Assembly (NCBI RefSeq): GCF_963921235.1
Contig: NC_086097.1
Location: 104,410,001 to 104,474,000, forward strand
DNA length: 64,000 nucleotides
Origin: Mobula hypostoma
Taxonomy: Eukaryota
Direction: 5' to 3'
Part shown: positions 27,451-38,270 of the stretch, one piece after another
How positions within the stretch are numbered: the stretch's first letter is position 1
Layout: each line of letters begins with the position of its first letter
The notes under the pieces: generated by a model
Told to the model about the DNA's origin: nothing
Seen by the model: only the letters and a program-made list of their open reading frames with translations
Database searches by the model: none
Made by a program: the position numbers and the translations under genes

Positions 27451-27589
27451 CTATTTCTGTTTCGAATGTATCTCATTACCAAGTTCTCAAGGATGGTAGA
27501 AAGAGGAGCAGTGATGTGGAAGTGACAAAGAGTTTGAAATAAATGGTCTAGGTCTGTTGTGAGCACTCTTTTGGCAAGAGATTACAATT

Positions 27590-27905
27590 TCCCAGAGTTT
27601 TGCTGGACCGGAGCATCTGGGAGATAACATACCACCCTGGCTTCCCTTCTGCAGCCACAGAATCTCCTGTCCATCCCTCTAACTATCGAGTCTCCTATCC
27701 CTACTGCTCTGCCTGACTTTACCCTTCCTTGCTGAGCTGCCAAGCCGGCTACAGTGCCATTGGCCTGGCTGCTGCTGCTAATGTGGCCTGATAAGTCACC
27801 CCACCCGGCAGTATCCAAAAGGGCATACTTGTTGCTGAGGGGAATGACCATAGTGGAACCCTTTGCTGACTGCTTACTCCCCTTACTTCTCCTGGTCACC
27901 CATCT
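27590..27905 (-). mobile_element. Old CR1 ORF1 (SGNH/GDSL esterase region), downstream part
   Basis: WVTRRSKG...IPLSNKYALLDT...AVGIGDSIVRGMDRRFCG...VVCYLP is homologous to the ORF1 at 32881-33813 (WVTVRRGKG...VPLNNRY...VIGDSKVRGSDRRFCG...VVCLP). Confidence 0.85.
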
Positions 27906-28342
27906 ACTCTCCCTTACTTCTCGTGGTCTCCTATCTACTCTCCCTTACTTCTCGTGGTTACCCATCTACTCTCCCTTACTTCTCCTGGTCACCCATCTAC
28001 TCTCCCTTACTTCTCATGGTCACCCATCTACTCTCCCTTACTTCTCGTGGTCACCCATCTACTCTCCCTTACTTCTCGTGGTCTCCTATCTACTCTCCCT
28101 TACTTCTCGTGGTCTCCTATCTACTCTCCCTTACTTCTCGTGGTCTCCTATCTACTCTCCCTTACTTCTCGTGGTTACCCATCTACTCTCCCTTACTTCT
28201 CCTGGTCACCCATCTACTCTCCCTTACTTCTCGTGGTCTCCTATCTACTCTCCCTTACTTCTCGTGGTTACCCATCTACTCTCCCTTACTTCTCCTGGTC
28301 ACCCATCTACTCTCCCTTACTTCTGGTGGTCACCCATCTACT
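27875..28342. repeat. 31-bp minisatellite (ctcccttacttctcgtggtcacccatctact), ~15 copies, derived from CR1 ORF1 sequence
   Basis: Directly visible. The first unit is the RWVTRRSKGS-coding stretch of the adjacent CR1 ORF1. Confidence 0.95.
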
Positions 28343-29844
28343 AGACACTAGAATACTACAGCACAGTACAGGCCCTTCCGCCCTCGATGTTGTCCCAATC
28401 CATATATGCCTTTAAGAAAAAGTACTAAACCCACACTACCCTGTAATCCTCTATTTTTCTTTCATCCATGTGCCTGTACAAGAGGCCCTTAAATACCCCT
28501 AATGTTTTAGCCTCCACCACCATCCCTGGCAAGTCATTCCAGGCACCCACAACCCTCTGTGTAAAAAACCCTGATGTCTCCCCTAAACTTCCCTCCCTTA
28601 ACTTTGTACATATGCCCTCTGGTGTTTGCTATTCGTGCCCTGGGAAACAGGTACTGGCTATCCACCCTATCTATGCCTCTCATAATCTTGCAGACCTCTG
28701 TCAAGTCCCCTCTCATCCTTCTACGCTACAAAGGGAAAAGTCCCAGCTCTGCTAACCTTGCCTCATAAGACTTGTTTTCCAATCCAGGCAACATCCTGGT
28801 AAATCTCCTCTGCACCCTCTCCATAGCTTCCACATCCTTCCTATAATGAGGTGACCAGAACTGAACACAATACTCTAAGTGTGGTCTCACCAGAGATTTG
28901 TGGAGTTACAACATGACCTCTCTACTCTTGAACTCAATCCCCCATTAATGAAGTCGAGCATTCCATAGGCCTTCTTAACTATCCTATCAACCCGTGCAGC
29001 GACCTTGAAGGATGTATGGATTTGAACCCCAAGGTTCCTCTGTTCATCCACACACTTAAGTAACCGACCATTAACCCTGTACTCAGCCTTCTGGTTTGTC
29101 TTTCCAAAATGCATCACCTCACACTTATCTGGATTGAACTCCATCTGCCACTTTTCTGCCCAACTCTGTATCCTGTCTATATCCTCTTGTAACCTTTGAC
29201 AACCTACAGTTCCATCCACAACTCCTCCAATCTTCGTGTCATCCGCAAACTTACTCACCCATCCTTCTGCCTCTTTATTCAGGTCATTTATAAAAATCAC
29301 AAAGAGCAGGGGTCCCGGGACAGATTCTTGCGGCATTCCACTAATCACTGACCTCCAGGCAGAATACTTTCCTTCCACTACTACCCTCTGCTTTCTTCCT
29401 ATAAACCAATTTTTTTATCCAAACAGCCAAGGTTCCACTGATCCCATACCTCATGACTTTCTGGATGAGTCTCTTGTGGGGAACCTTGTCAAACGCCTTG
29501 CTAAAATCCATGTAGACCACATCTACTGCCCTACCCTCATCAATTTCTTTTGTTACCTCTTCAAAAAACTCAATTAGGCTCGTGAGGCACGACCTATCCT
29601 TCACAAAGCCATGTTGACCATCCTTGAGTAGACTGTACTTCTCCAAATGCTCGTAGATCCTATCCTTAAGAATCCTTTCCAATAGTTTGCAGACCACTGA
29701 CGTAAGACTCATCGGTCTATAGTTCCCAGGATTCTCCCTATTACCTTTTTTAAACAAGGGAACTACATTTGCCATTCTCCAATCCTCCGGCACCTCCCCT
29801 GCAGCCAGAGAGGATTCAAAGATCATAGCTACTGTTCCAATGAT
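28343..29844 (-). mobile_element. 5'-truncated CR1 LINE (RT domain plus 3' UTR), relatively young, frameshifted
   Basis: Motifs PGNYRPMSLTS, QHGFVK, VDVVYMDFSKAFDKVPH, KFADDTKIG, RGDLTEVCKIMRG and TRGHMYKV are spread over three ORFs. The 3' tail ...TAGTATTCTAGTGTCT ends at ~28343. Confidence 0.93.
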
Positions 29845-30190
29845 CTCCCCTTACTCCTGGTGGTCCCCCATCTACTTTCTGAAGCATGCACTCTGGATGT
29901 GAGCACCTCAGTAAAATGAAGTTTTCAGTTTTCCATGTGGTCCTGTGTGTGCCCAGCTCCAGCTCCTTAATGTTGTCAGTCATAACCTGAAGTTGGGTGC
30001 AATTCCTGCAGATGTAGTCATCACCCAGACTGTTAGGTACCACGTCATTTAGAAGGAGCATTCCACTGCCTGAACTACTGTCCTGCCTACACTTGGTATG
30101 CCTCCAGCTTCTCAAACGCAAGTTCTAGCCTGCACATGTTCTCATCCAAGCCTGCTGACCCAAAGCCACTGTCCACTTACACAGTCCCTC
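29845..30190 (-). mobile_element. Old CR1 ORF1, upstream part (Cys motif / coiled coil); continuation of the 27590-27905 element
   Basis: DDYICRNCTQLQVMTDNIKELEL is comparable to DVYIRAKCIEMQLLRDRVRELEL in the 32881 ORF1. It ends in one copy of the 31-bp unit. Confidence 0.75.
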
Positions 30191-30460
30191 CCTAAAGTTT
30201 ACAAAGAACGGTGCAAGAAACAGAAGACATCCAGGGAGTGGCAATTCGGTGGGTGAAAATGCCTTGTTAATGAGAGAGGTCAGAGGAGAATGGTTCAAGC
30301 TGACAGGAAGGTGACAACAGTTCAAACAACCACACGTTACAACAGTTGTGTGCAGGAAAGCACCTTTGGACACACAGCACATCGAATCCTAAAGTGGATG
30401 GACTATAGCAGCAGAAGACCATGAACATACAGGAGGTACCTAACAGAGAGGCCGCTGAGG
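30190..30460 (+). mobile_element. Tc1/mariner-type DNA transposon relic (internally deleted transposase N-terminal region plus degenerate right TIR)
   Basis: Degenerate translation resembles VYKEWCKKQKTS.E.QF.G.KCLVNERGQRRM..QADRK.T..Q.TTRYN...YSSRRP of fish Tc1-like transposases. It ends in cctaacagagaggccgctgag, resembling the recalled TIR cctaataaagtggccactgag. Confidence 0.7.
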
Positions 30461-30749
30461 ATAAATATAGGCAAACAGGTCTAGCTCAGATACATATCTA
30501 AGTCAGTATGCATCAGCTGGTCTGTTTCTGTCATGCAATTTCACTGCATGGGAGCAGTCCCATCACTGGGGGACATAGAAGACACTACCAATGCTGTAAT
30601 CTACACCAGGACTGATGCAGGGTCTTGACCCAAAACACCTCCCCCCTCCCCACAGATGAGCACAACCGGCCAAGCTCCTCTAACAGACTGTGGTCCTTCC
30701 GCCTGAGAGGTTCCTGCTTTGACGTCTAACATGACCACATCAACACTAC

Positions 30750-30877
30750 CTTGGACCTTTAGCTCAACTTGGCGAACATCTTGGTCCCGTCCGTTCGATG
30801 CTTGACAGGTATACAACCCAGCGTCTTGCTGCTGAACCTTGCTGATCACCAGTGAGTCGTCGGAAAGTTTGCTGTGC
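30750..30877 (-). CDS. papln: Papilin coding exon (C-terminal half of the penultimate Ig-like domain), 128 nt, phase 2 to phase 1
   Basis: Minus strand reads CTCTGTTCTGGTAG|G CAC AGC AAA...GTC CAA G|GTAGTG, translating to (R)HSKLSDDSLVISKVQQQDAGLYTCQASNGRDQDVRQVELKVQ(G). The I-set D-x-G-x-Y-x-C motif is present. It resembles the recalled human papilin RHQLQPDGSLVISRVAVEDGGFYTCVAFNGQDRDQRWVQLRVLG. Confidence 0.92.
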
Positions 30878-31129
30878 CTACCAGAACAGAGATCGATCAG
30901 GTCAGAACAAAATGATCACTTACCCCAAGTCAGTACAGCCCACAGATTAAACAAGGACCCCATTCTCAGAGAGCAGTTATCTTGGATCGTGCCCCTGTAG
31001 CTTTCAGTACCTGAGGAAGAGCAGGAGTTCTCCCTGGTGTACTGCTCACTGAGATTGTCAACACCATTGAAACCAACACCTGTTCACCTTCACCTCAGCT
31101 TGCTGCCCAGTGGATTTACTATGTCCACC

Positions 31130-31630
31130 TGGAACAGGTCCTTCGGCCCCCAGTGTTGTTTCAAACTAATTAAATTAGTAAATAAATGCCTAAATAAATG
31201 AATCCGTCCTGTGCAGACAATGTCCATATCCCTCCATTCTGTGTATACCCATGTGCCAGTCTCTGTGACAATGTCCATATCCCTCCATTCTGTGTATATC
31301 CATGTGCCAGTCTCTGTGACAATGTCCATATCCCTCCATTCTGTGTCTATCCATGTGCCAGTCTCCGTGCTTTTGAAACATATCTGCTCCCACCTGTCTG
31401 ACAGCACATTCCAAGCACCTGCACTCTCTCAGTTAGACACTCATTCCTTTGAACTTCCCCCTTGTCACCTCTTAGTAAGAGACATATGGGAAAACTCTAC
31501 TCTACCTTTGCCCGATAATTTTATAATCTTCTGTCAGGTCTCCCCTCAGGCTCTGTTGGTCATGAGTAAACAATCCTAGTTTGTCCAACTTCTCCTTATA
31601 GTAAATACCCTCTCATCCAGGCTGTGCCCT
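31130..31630 (-). mobile_element. Old CR1 3'-end fragment
   Basis: acaggtccttcggcccc...ccatatccctccattc...acagcacattcca...ataattttataatcttctgtcaggtctcccctcag parallels the 3' end of the CR1 at 28343-28800. Confidence 0.6.
31216..31368. repeat. 51-bp tandem repeat, 3 copies
   Basis: gacaatgtccatatccctccattctgtgtatacccatgtgccagtctctgt starts at 31216, 31267 and 31318. Confidence 0.95.
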
Positions 31631-31639
31631 TGTATCAGA

Positions 31640-32620
31640 ATCAGGTTTAATATCACTGGCATATGTTGTTGTTTTGTGCCGGTGGTACATTACAACACAT
31701 AATAATAAAAACTACTGTATAATGAGCAAATAAAAACATTAAATTAGGAAGTAGTGCAGAAAGAGAGTGGAAAAAGAACTGAGGAAGTTCCTGTTCTTGA
31801 AACACTGAGTGTGTGTCTTCAGTCTCCCGTACCTCCTCCTTGAGAAGTGGGCATGTCCTGGGTCTTTAATGATGAATGCTGCTTTTTCGAGGCATTGCCT
31901 TCTTAAGGTGTGCTCGGTGCCAGGGAGACTAGTGTCCATGATGGGGCTGGCTGAGTTCACAACTTTCTGCCGCTCTTGCTGTGCAGCGGCTCCTCCATAC
32001 CTGACAGTGATGCAACTAGTTAGAAAGCTCTCCACGGTACATCTGTAGGAATTTATGAGTATTTTTGATGACAAACCCATTCCCGTCAAACTTCTAAAGA
32101 AAAATAGTTTCTGTCATGGCTTCTATGTAATTGCATCTATATGTTGGGCCCAGGATAGATCTTCAGACATGTTGACACCCAAGAACTTGTCTCACCTTTT
32201 CCACTGCTGATCCCCTGACGAGGACTGGTGTGTGCTCCCTCGACTTCCCCTTCCTGAAGTCCACAATCAATTCCTTAGATCACTGATGCTGAGTGCAAGG
32301 TTGTTGTTGCCACACGATCAACCAGCTGATCTTTTTCACCCCTCGTCACCATCTGAAATTCTGACAATTGTGTCACCGGCAAAATTGTAGATGGTGTTTG
32401 AGTGTTGCCATGCCTCATAGTTGTTGGTGTAGAGAGAGTTGAGGTGTGCCAGTGTTGGATTATCAGTGAGGAAGAGATGTTATTTCTGATCTCCACAGAC
32501 TGTGGTCTCCTGATGAGAAAGTCAAGGATCAAATTGCAGAGGAAGGTACAGATGCCCAGGTTCTGGAGTTGTTGATGAGCACTGAGGTATGGTGGTGTTG
32601 AACGCTGAGCTGTAGTCATT
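31640..32620 (-). mobile_element. Degenerate Rex1/Babar-type LINE, 3' part (RT and C-terminus)
   Basis: DYSSAFNT at ~32618, LQNLG..LCNLILDFLIRRPQSV, and YRCTVESFLTSCITVRYG...GRLKTHT..FKN are homologous to the + copy at 35300-37466. Confidence 0.85.
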
Positions 32621-33810
32621 TTTGAAATTTTCGTTTTTTTTTCCTCCAACGGCGTTCAGAGAGGCGGGACTGCGCAGGTGTCTGACGTCGGGCAGTGCAG
32701 CGTGGCAGATTTAAAAGGAACAGAGCCTTATACAGCGGGCAGCGGAGTTTGCGGGCGGCGGAGTGAGCTGGAAGCAGAGTGAAAGCTTAAGGGCTTCGGC
32801 TCAACGGGCTTAGGCGGAAATGGGCGAGGCGAGGAAGGTTTGGTACTCATTTTCTGTTGTTATTTGAGGAGAGGGGCAGTATGAGTGTGAGGGCAGTTTG
32901 TTGTTCTCGGTGTCGGATGTGGGAGGCCCTGGAGTTTCTAAGCCTCCCGGACGTCTACATCCGCGCCAAGTGCATTGAGATGCAGCTTCTAAGGGACCGC
33001 GTTAGGGAACTGGAGCTGCAGCTCAATGACCTCCGTCTGGTCAGGGAGAGTGAGGAGTTGATAGAGAGGAGTTATAGGCAGGTAGTCACACCGGGGCCAT
33101 GGGAGGCAGACCAGTGGGTCACGGTTAGGAGGGGGAAGGGGAAGAGTCAGGTAATAGAGAGTACCCCGGTGGCTGTGCCCCTTAACAATAGGTACTCCTA
33201 TTTGAGTACTGTTGGGGGGGGGAACAGCTTACCTGGGGGAAGCGACAGTGGCCGTGCCTCCGGCACAGAGTCCGGCCCTGTAGCTCAGAAGGGTAGGGAA
33301 AGGATGAGGAGGGCAGTTGTGATAGGGGACTCGAAAGTAAGGGGGTCAGATAGGCGATTCTGTGGACGCAGTCCAGAGACCCGGATGGTAGTTTGCCTCC
33401 CTGGTGCCAGGGTCCGGGATATTTCTGATCGTGTTCAAGATATCCTGAAGTGGGAGGGTGAGGAGCCAGAGGTCGTGGTACATATAGGTACCAATGACAT
33501 AGGTGGGAAAAGGGAAGAGGTCCTGAAAGGAGAATATAGGGAGCTAGGAAGGGAGTTGAGAAGAAGGACCGCAAAGGTAGTAATCTCGGGATTACTGCCT
33601 GTGCCACGCGACAGTGAGAGTAGGAATGCGATGAGGTGGAGGATAAATGTGTGGCTGAGGGATTGGAGCAGGAGGCAGGGATTCAAGTTTTTGGATCATT
33701 GGGACCTCTTTTGGCGCAGGCGTGACCTGTACAAAAAGGACGGGTTACACTTGAATCCTAGGGGGACCAATATCCTGGCAGGGAGATTAGCGAGGGCTAC
33801 TAAGGTGACG
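32620..33810 (+). mobile_element. CR1 LINE 5' portion (GC-rich 5' UTR plus ORF1) lacking ORF2 and 3' end
   Basis: A CpG-rich leader (32650-32880) is followed by an uninterrupted ORF1. Sequence switches abruptly back to the antisense Rex1-like element at ~33811. Confidence 0.85.
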
Positions 33811-33813
33811 TGA
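32881..33813 (+). CDS. CR1 ORF1p, 310 aa: Cys motif, coiled coil and SGNH/GDSL esterase domain; extreme C-terminus probably truncated
   Basis: CCSRC, LRDRVRELELQLNDLR, IGDS (block I), HIGTND (block III) and DGLHLN (block V); no stops from the ATG at 32881. Confidence 0.8.
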   Translation: MSVRAVCCSRCRMWEALEFLSLPDVYIRAKCIEMQLLRDRVRELELQLNDLRLVRESEELIERSYRQVVTPGPWEADQWVTVRRGKGKSQVIESTPVAVPLNNRYSYLSTVGGGNSLPGGSDSGRASGTESGPVAQKGRERMRRAVVIGDSKVRGSDRRFCGRSPETRMVVCLPGARVRDISDRVQDILKWEGEEPEVVVHIGTNDIGGKREEVLKGEYRELGRELRRRTAKVVISGLLPVPRDSESRNAMRWRINVWLRDWSRRQGFKFLDHWDLFWRRRDLYKKDGLHLNPRGTNILAGRLARATKVT

Positions 33814-35260
33814 GTGAAACTGGGCGATGGTCACTGAGGCAGCTCACCCTGCTGCTCTTGTCGCTCTTTTGAAGCACATGGGAACCTCCAATGGCAGCAG
33901 TGAGAGACTGAAGGTTGTCCTTGAACAATTCCCACCAATTCGTTGGCACAGGTTTTCAGTGCCCTAGCCGGGACAACATTAGGGCCAGAAGCCTTGCGAG
34001 TGTTCACCCTTTTGAAAGATGTTCTGACCTTGGCCTCCAAGACAGATCACAGGGTCACCAGATGCTGCAGGGATTTGCCAAGGTGCAGCCTTATTCTCCC
34101 TTTCGAAGTGTACATAAAAGGCATTGAGCTCAAGTGAAAATGAAGCATTGCAGTCAGACATGGCCTCCAAATCCATCTTTAATCTCAATCAGAATTGCTT
34201 TTCTCGCTCTTAAGATAGCCTTCTGTACATCATACCTGGACTACTTGTATAGTTCTGGATCACTGGTTTTGAATGCCACAGATCTAGCCCTCAGCAGACT
34301 ATGAAGCTCCTGGTTCATCCTTGCCTTTTGGTTTGGGTATATTCAGTATGTTCTTGAAGGTACACACTCATCCACACAGGTCTTGAAATTGGTGACAGCT
34401 GAGGTGTATTAGTTCAGATTGGAAGATAAATCTCTGAACACTGTCTAGTCCACCAACTCAAAGCATCCCTGTAAGAGCCCCTCCACCTCTCCTGACCATA
34501 CTTTCTTGGTCCTCCCCACTGATGCTGCGGGCTGTAGTCTCTGTCTATACACTGGGAGTAGAACAGCAGCCAGGTGATCAGGCTTTCCAAAGTGCAGGCG
34601 TGGGATGGCACAGCAAGCGTTCTTGATGACGGTATAACTGTGGTCAAGTGTGTTAGCTCCTCTGGTTCCACAGGTGATATGTAGTTGTTCAGAGACTTCT
34701 TCAAAATAGCCTGATTGAAATCCCCCGCAATGATGGGAAAGGCATCTGGCTGAGCTGTTTGCTCAGATTCTCCAGTGCCTTCCTGATGTTGTCCTGAGGT
34801 GGAACGTACACCGCTACCAGGATGATGGCGAGAAACTCCCTTGGCAGAAAAAATGGATGTCTGATTGCTCGATGTTTTAGGTTGGGTGAGAAGGACTGAG
34901 ACAAAACCACCACATCTGTAAACCATGATGAGTTAATCATGAAACATACTCGCCCTCCTCTACCTTCAAAAGGCTCATCTGTCCTGTCCTTGTGGGCTGC
35001 AGTGCTGCATCCAAAATGGTGGGGGTGAACCATGTTTCAATGAAGTACAGTACACAGCAGTCCCTCAAATCCTTTTGGTACTGCCGTCTTGCTCTGAGGT
35101 CTTCAATTACATTTTCCAGAGAGTGTACATTTGTCAGCTGGATAGTCAGGAATAGGGGTGGGGGTGGGGGGAGAGGGTGGCCTGAGGCCTCTGTGTTTCA
35201 ATGGTACCTGTAGCCCAGCTTTTGTTTTCTTAAAGTGGAACTGACTGCACTCGCAACCCA
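33811..35260 (-). mobile_element. Degenerate Rex1/Babar-type LINE, 5' part (APE endonuclease and linker)
   Basis: RGGRVCFMINSSW, ILVAVYVPPQ, IIAGDFN, LELNAFYVHFE, VNTRKASGPNVVP..LKTCANEL and CLSDHRPVSLT; multiple frameshifts. Confidence 0.85.
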
Positions 35261-35299
35261 GGTGTACCATCTGGGATCTGCCAATTTTGAGTATCAATG

Positions 35300-37466
35300 G
35301 ATACAGAAACTGAAGCGGGAGGTCACGGTGTCAAAAGTAGTATCGCGTAGGACGGAAGAAACGGATGAGGTCCTCCGTGACTGCTTTCAATCGGTGGACT
35401 GGTTAGTATTCAAGAACTTGGCAGCTAACTTCGATGAGTACGTCTCAGCTATCAAAGACTTTATTTGGAAAGGCACGGAGGACTGTGTGTCTCGCAAGAC
35501 GATCCGGGTACTCCCTAACCGGAAACCTTGGATGAATTAAGAGGTCAAGTCCCTTTTGATGGCTAGAGCTGCAGCTTTTAGGTCCGGGGATACCAGTCAC
35601 TACATGGAATCCAGGCGTGAACTCCGGAAAGCCATTAAGGGCACCAAGAGGCAATATCGAGCCAAGTTGGAAGCCCAGGCTAACCAGAGGGATGCCAGTA
35701 GACTATGGCAGGGTCTAAATGAGATTACTGGGTGCAAAGAAAAGGCTAGGAATATCAATAACTGTGGCGCTTCTCTTCCTGATGAACTTAACGCATTCTA
35801 CTCAAGATTCAAATAGAAGAGGAGCATCCCGCTCCCTCCGGATGAACTGGACCTGGTGGCATCGAGATTCATCGTCACCGAGAACGTTAGAAGGGCCTTC
35901 CTGAAGATAAATCCAAGGAAGGCGACGGGCCCAGATGGCGTCCCAGGATGGGTTCTCAGGGCCTATGCAAGCGAGCTAGCTAGAGTGTTTGCTGACATCT
36001 TCAACTGCTCCTTGCTTCAGTCTAAGATCCCCTTGTGTTTTAAGAAGGCAACGATAATCCCAGTGCCGAGGAAGAGCAAGGTGGCATGCCTGAATGACTA
36101 TTGACCTGTGGCTCTGACATCAATTGCTATGAAGTGCTTTGAATGACTGGTTATGGCACACATCAACCACAGCCTACCGGTCAATCTCGACGCTTTGCAA
36201 TTCATCTACCGGAGCAACAGGTCAATGGCAGATGCCATCTCTCTGGCCCTACATTCCTCCTTAGAACACCTGGAGAATAAAGACGTATATGTAAGGCTCC
36301 TTTTCATTGACTACAGCTCTGCCTTTAATACCATCATTCCAAATAAACTGATTCCTAAGCTCTGGAACCTGGGCCTTAGCACTCAGATCTGCAGCTGGAT
36401 CTTCAACTTCCTGACAGGCAGGACCCAGGCTGTAAAATAGGGGACAAGCTCTCCTCTACAATCACTCTGAGCACCGGTGCCCCACAAGGCTGTGTACTCA
36501 GCCCCTGCTGTACTCACTGTACACCCATGATTGTGTAGTCAAGTTTCCATCAAACTCAATATATGTTTGCTGATGACACAACAATTGTAGGCCGTATCTC
36601 GGGTAATAATGAGTTTGAGTACAGAGAGGAAATTAAGAACCTGGTGGCATGGTGCGAAGACAATAACCTATCCCTCAACGTCAGCAAGACGAAGGAATTG
36701 GTTGTTGACTTCAGAAGCAGTAGCGGACCACACGACCCAATTTACATCAGTGGTGCGCAAGTAGAACAGGTCAAAAGCTTTAAGTTCCTCGGGGTCAATA
36801 TCACGAATGACCTGACTTGGTCCAACCAAGCAGAGTCCACTGCCAAGAAGGCCCATCAGCACCTCTACTTCCTGAGAAAACTAAAGAAATTTGGCCTGTC
36901 CCCTAAAACCCTTACAATTTTTATAGATGCACCGTAGAAAGCATTCTTCTGAGGGGCATCACAACCTGGTATGGAAGTTGTCCTGTCCAACACCGGAAGA
37001 AGCTGCAGAAAATCGTGAACACAGCCCAGCACATCACTCAAACCAATCTTCCGTCCGGGGACTCACTTTACACCACACGCTGTCGGAGCAGTGCTGCTAG
37101 GATAATCAAGGACACGACTCACCCAGCCAACACACTTTTCGTCCCTCTTCCCTCTGGGAGAAGGCTCAGGAGCTTGAAGACTCGTACGGCCAGATTTGGG
37201 AACAGCTTCTTTCCAACTCTGATAAGACTGCTAAACGGATCTTGACCTGGATCTGGGCCACACCCTCCAAATATCCAGACCTGCATCTTGGTTTTTTGCA
37301 CTACCTTACTTTCCATTTTTCTATTTTCTGTTCATGATTTAAAATTTAAAATTTTAATACGTACTATCGATTTGTAATCCAGGGAGCAGAAAGCGCAGAA
37401 TCAAATATTGCTATGATGATTGTACATTCTAGGGTCAATTGTTTGGCGACAATAAAGTATAAGTAT
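35300..37466 (+). mobile_element. 5'-truncated Rex1/Babar-type LINE (RT to 3' tail) with several stops and frameshifts
   Basis: [58 protein letters not shown] and HPANTLFVPLPSGRR; the element ends in aataaagtataagtat. Confidence 0.92.
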
Positions 37467-37689
37467 TTTAAGAATCTTGAAAGGATGTTGCTTACTGAAG
37501 TATCCATGGCTGTGACTGAATTTCAGATGTTGTAGTCCTACACAATAATATTTGACCAGTCCCATCAGAGCCGCATGCAAACTGTTGCACTTATCAGTGC
37601 TATCTTGATCAGGGATAGATCCCTTTCACACTCTCTCCATATCCCTGGTAACCTTCCCTCAACAAGATGACCTGAATTCAATCCATTAT

Positions 37690-38200
37690 TCTCGATGCCA
37701 CCTAACCAGAGTTGCATCATAACTTCTTGACTCTGGAACTCAGTGCTTCACCCAGCAAAGACAAGCCTTCTTTACCACTCTACCATCATTTGCAGCCACT
37801 TTCAGGAAGCTATGGATTTGGACGTCAAGACCACTCTGTACATCAACACTGTTAAGACTCCTGCCATTATTTTACATTTGATGTCTCGAAGTGCAACACC
37901 TCACAACTAGCCAGGTTAAACTCCATTTCTCTTCAACTATCCTCTACACTACACTTGACATGGCCTTTGTATAATCTGCGAACTTACAAACCAACCAATC
38001 GACGTTTATATTCAAGTCACTGGTATATATCACAAAGAGCAGAGATCCCTGTTGAACACTACATCTAGAATCAGTCCCATCCACCATAACTATTAGTCTT
38101 CTATGGGCAAGCCAATACCGAATCCAAATGGCTAAGTGCACCCTAACCTCCTAAATAGGGCTGCTCTTAGGGTACTTATCAAACACCGACCAAAATCAAT
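37690..38200 (-). mobile_element. Highly degenerate CR1 ORF2 RT fragment
   Basis: LAIWIRYWLAHRR...QGSLLFVIYTSDL...VCKFADYTK corresponds to the CR1 RT core. Confidence 0.7.
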
Positions 38201-38270
38201 GTAAACACACTGCAGACACTGTTTGCTTCACTGAAGTTTTCAAACTTTATAAGCAATGCTGTATCAGGAG

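Larger units (their letters stand above)
414..30749 (-). other. papln: ~30.3-kb phase-1 GT-AG intron of papilin
   Basis: Donor CAAG|GTAGTG at 30749 and acceptor TGGTCAG|G at 414. Joining gives the continuous peptide ...VELKVQ-G-ELEITE..., colinear with papilin ...VQLRVL-G-ELTIS... Confidence 0.85.

Noticed and set aside
30601..30749. C-terminal extension of the 30601-30849 ORF (SVDVVMLD...)
   Set aside because: Read-through past the GT donor at 30749; papilin similarity stops there and resumes at exon 413-305.
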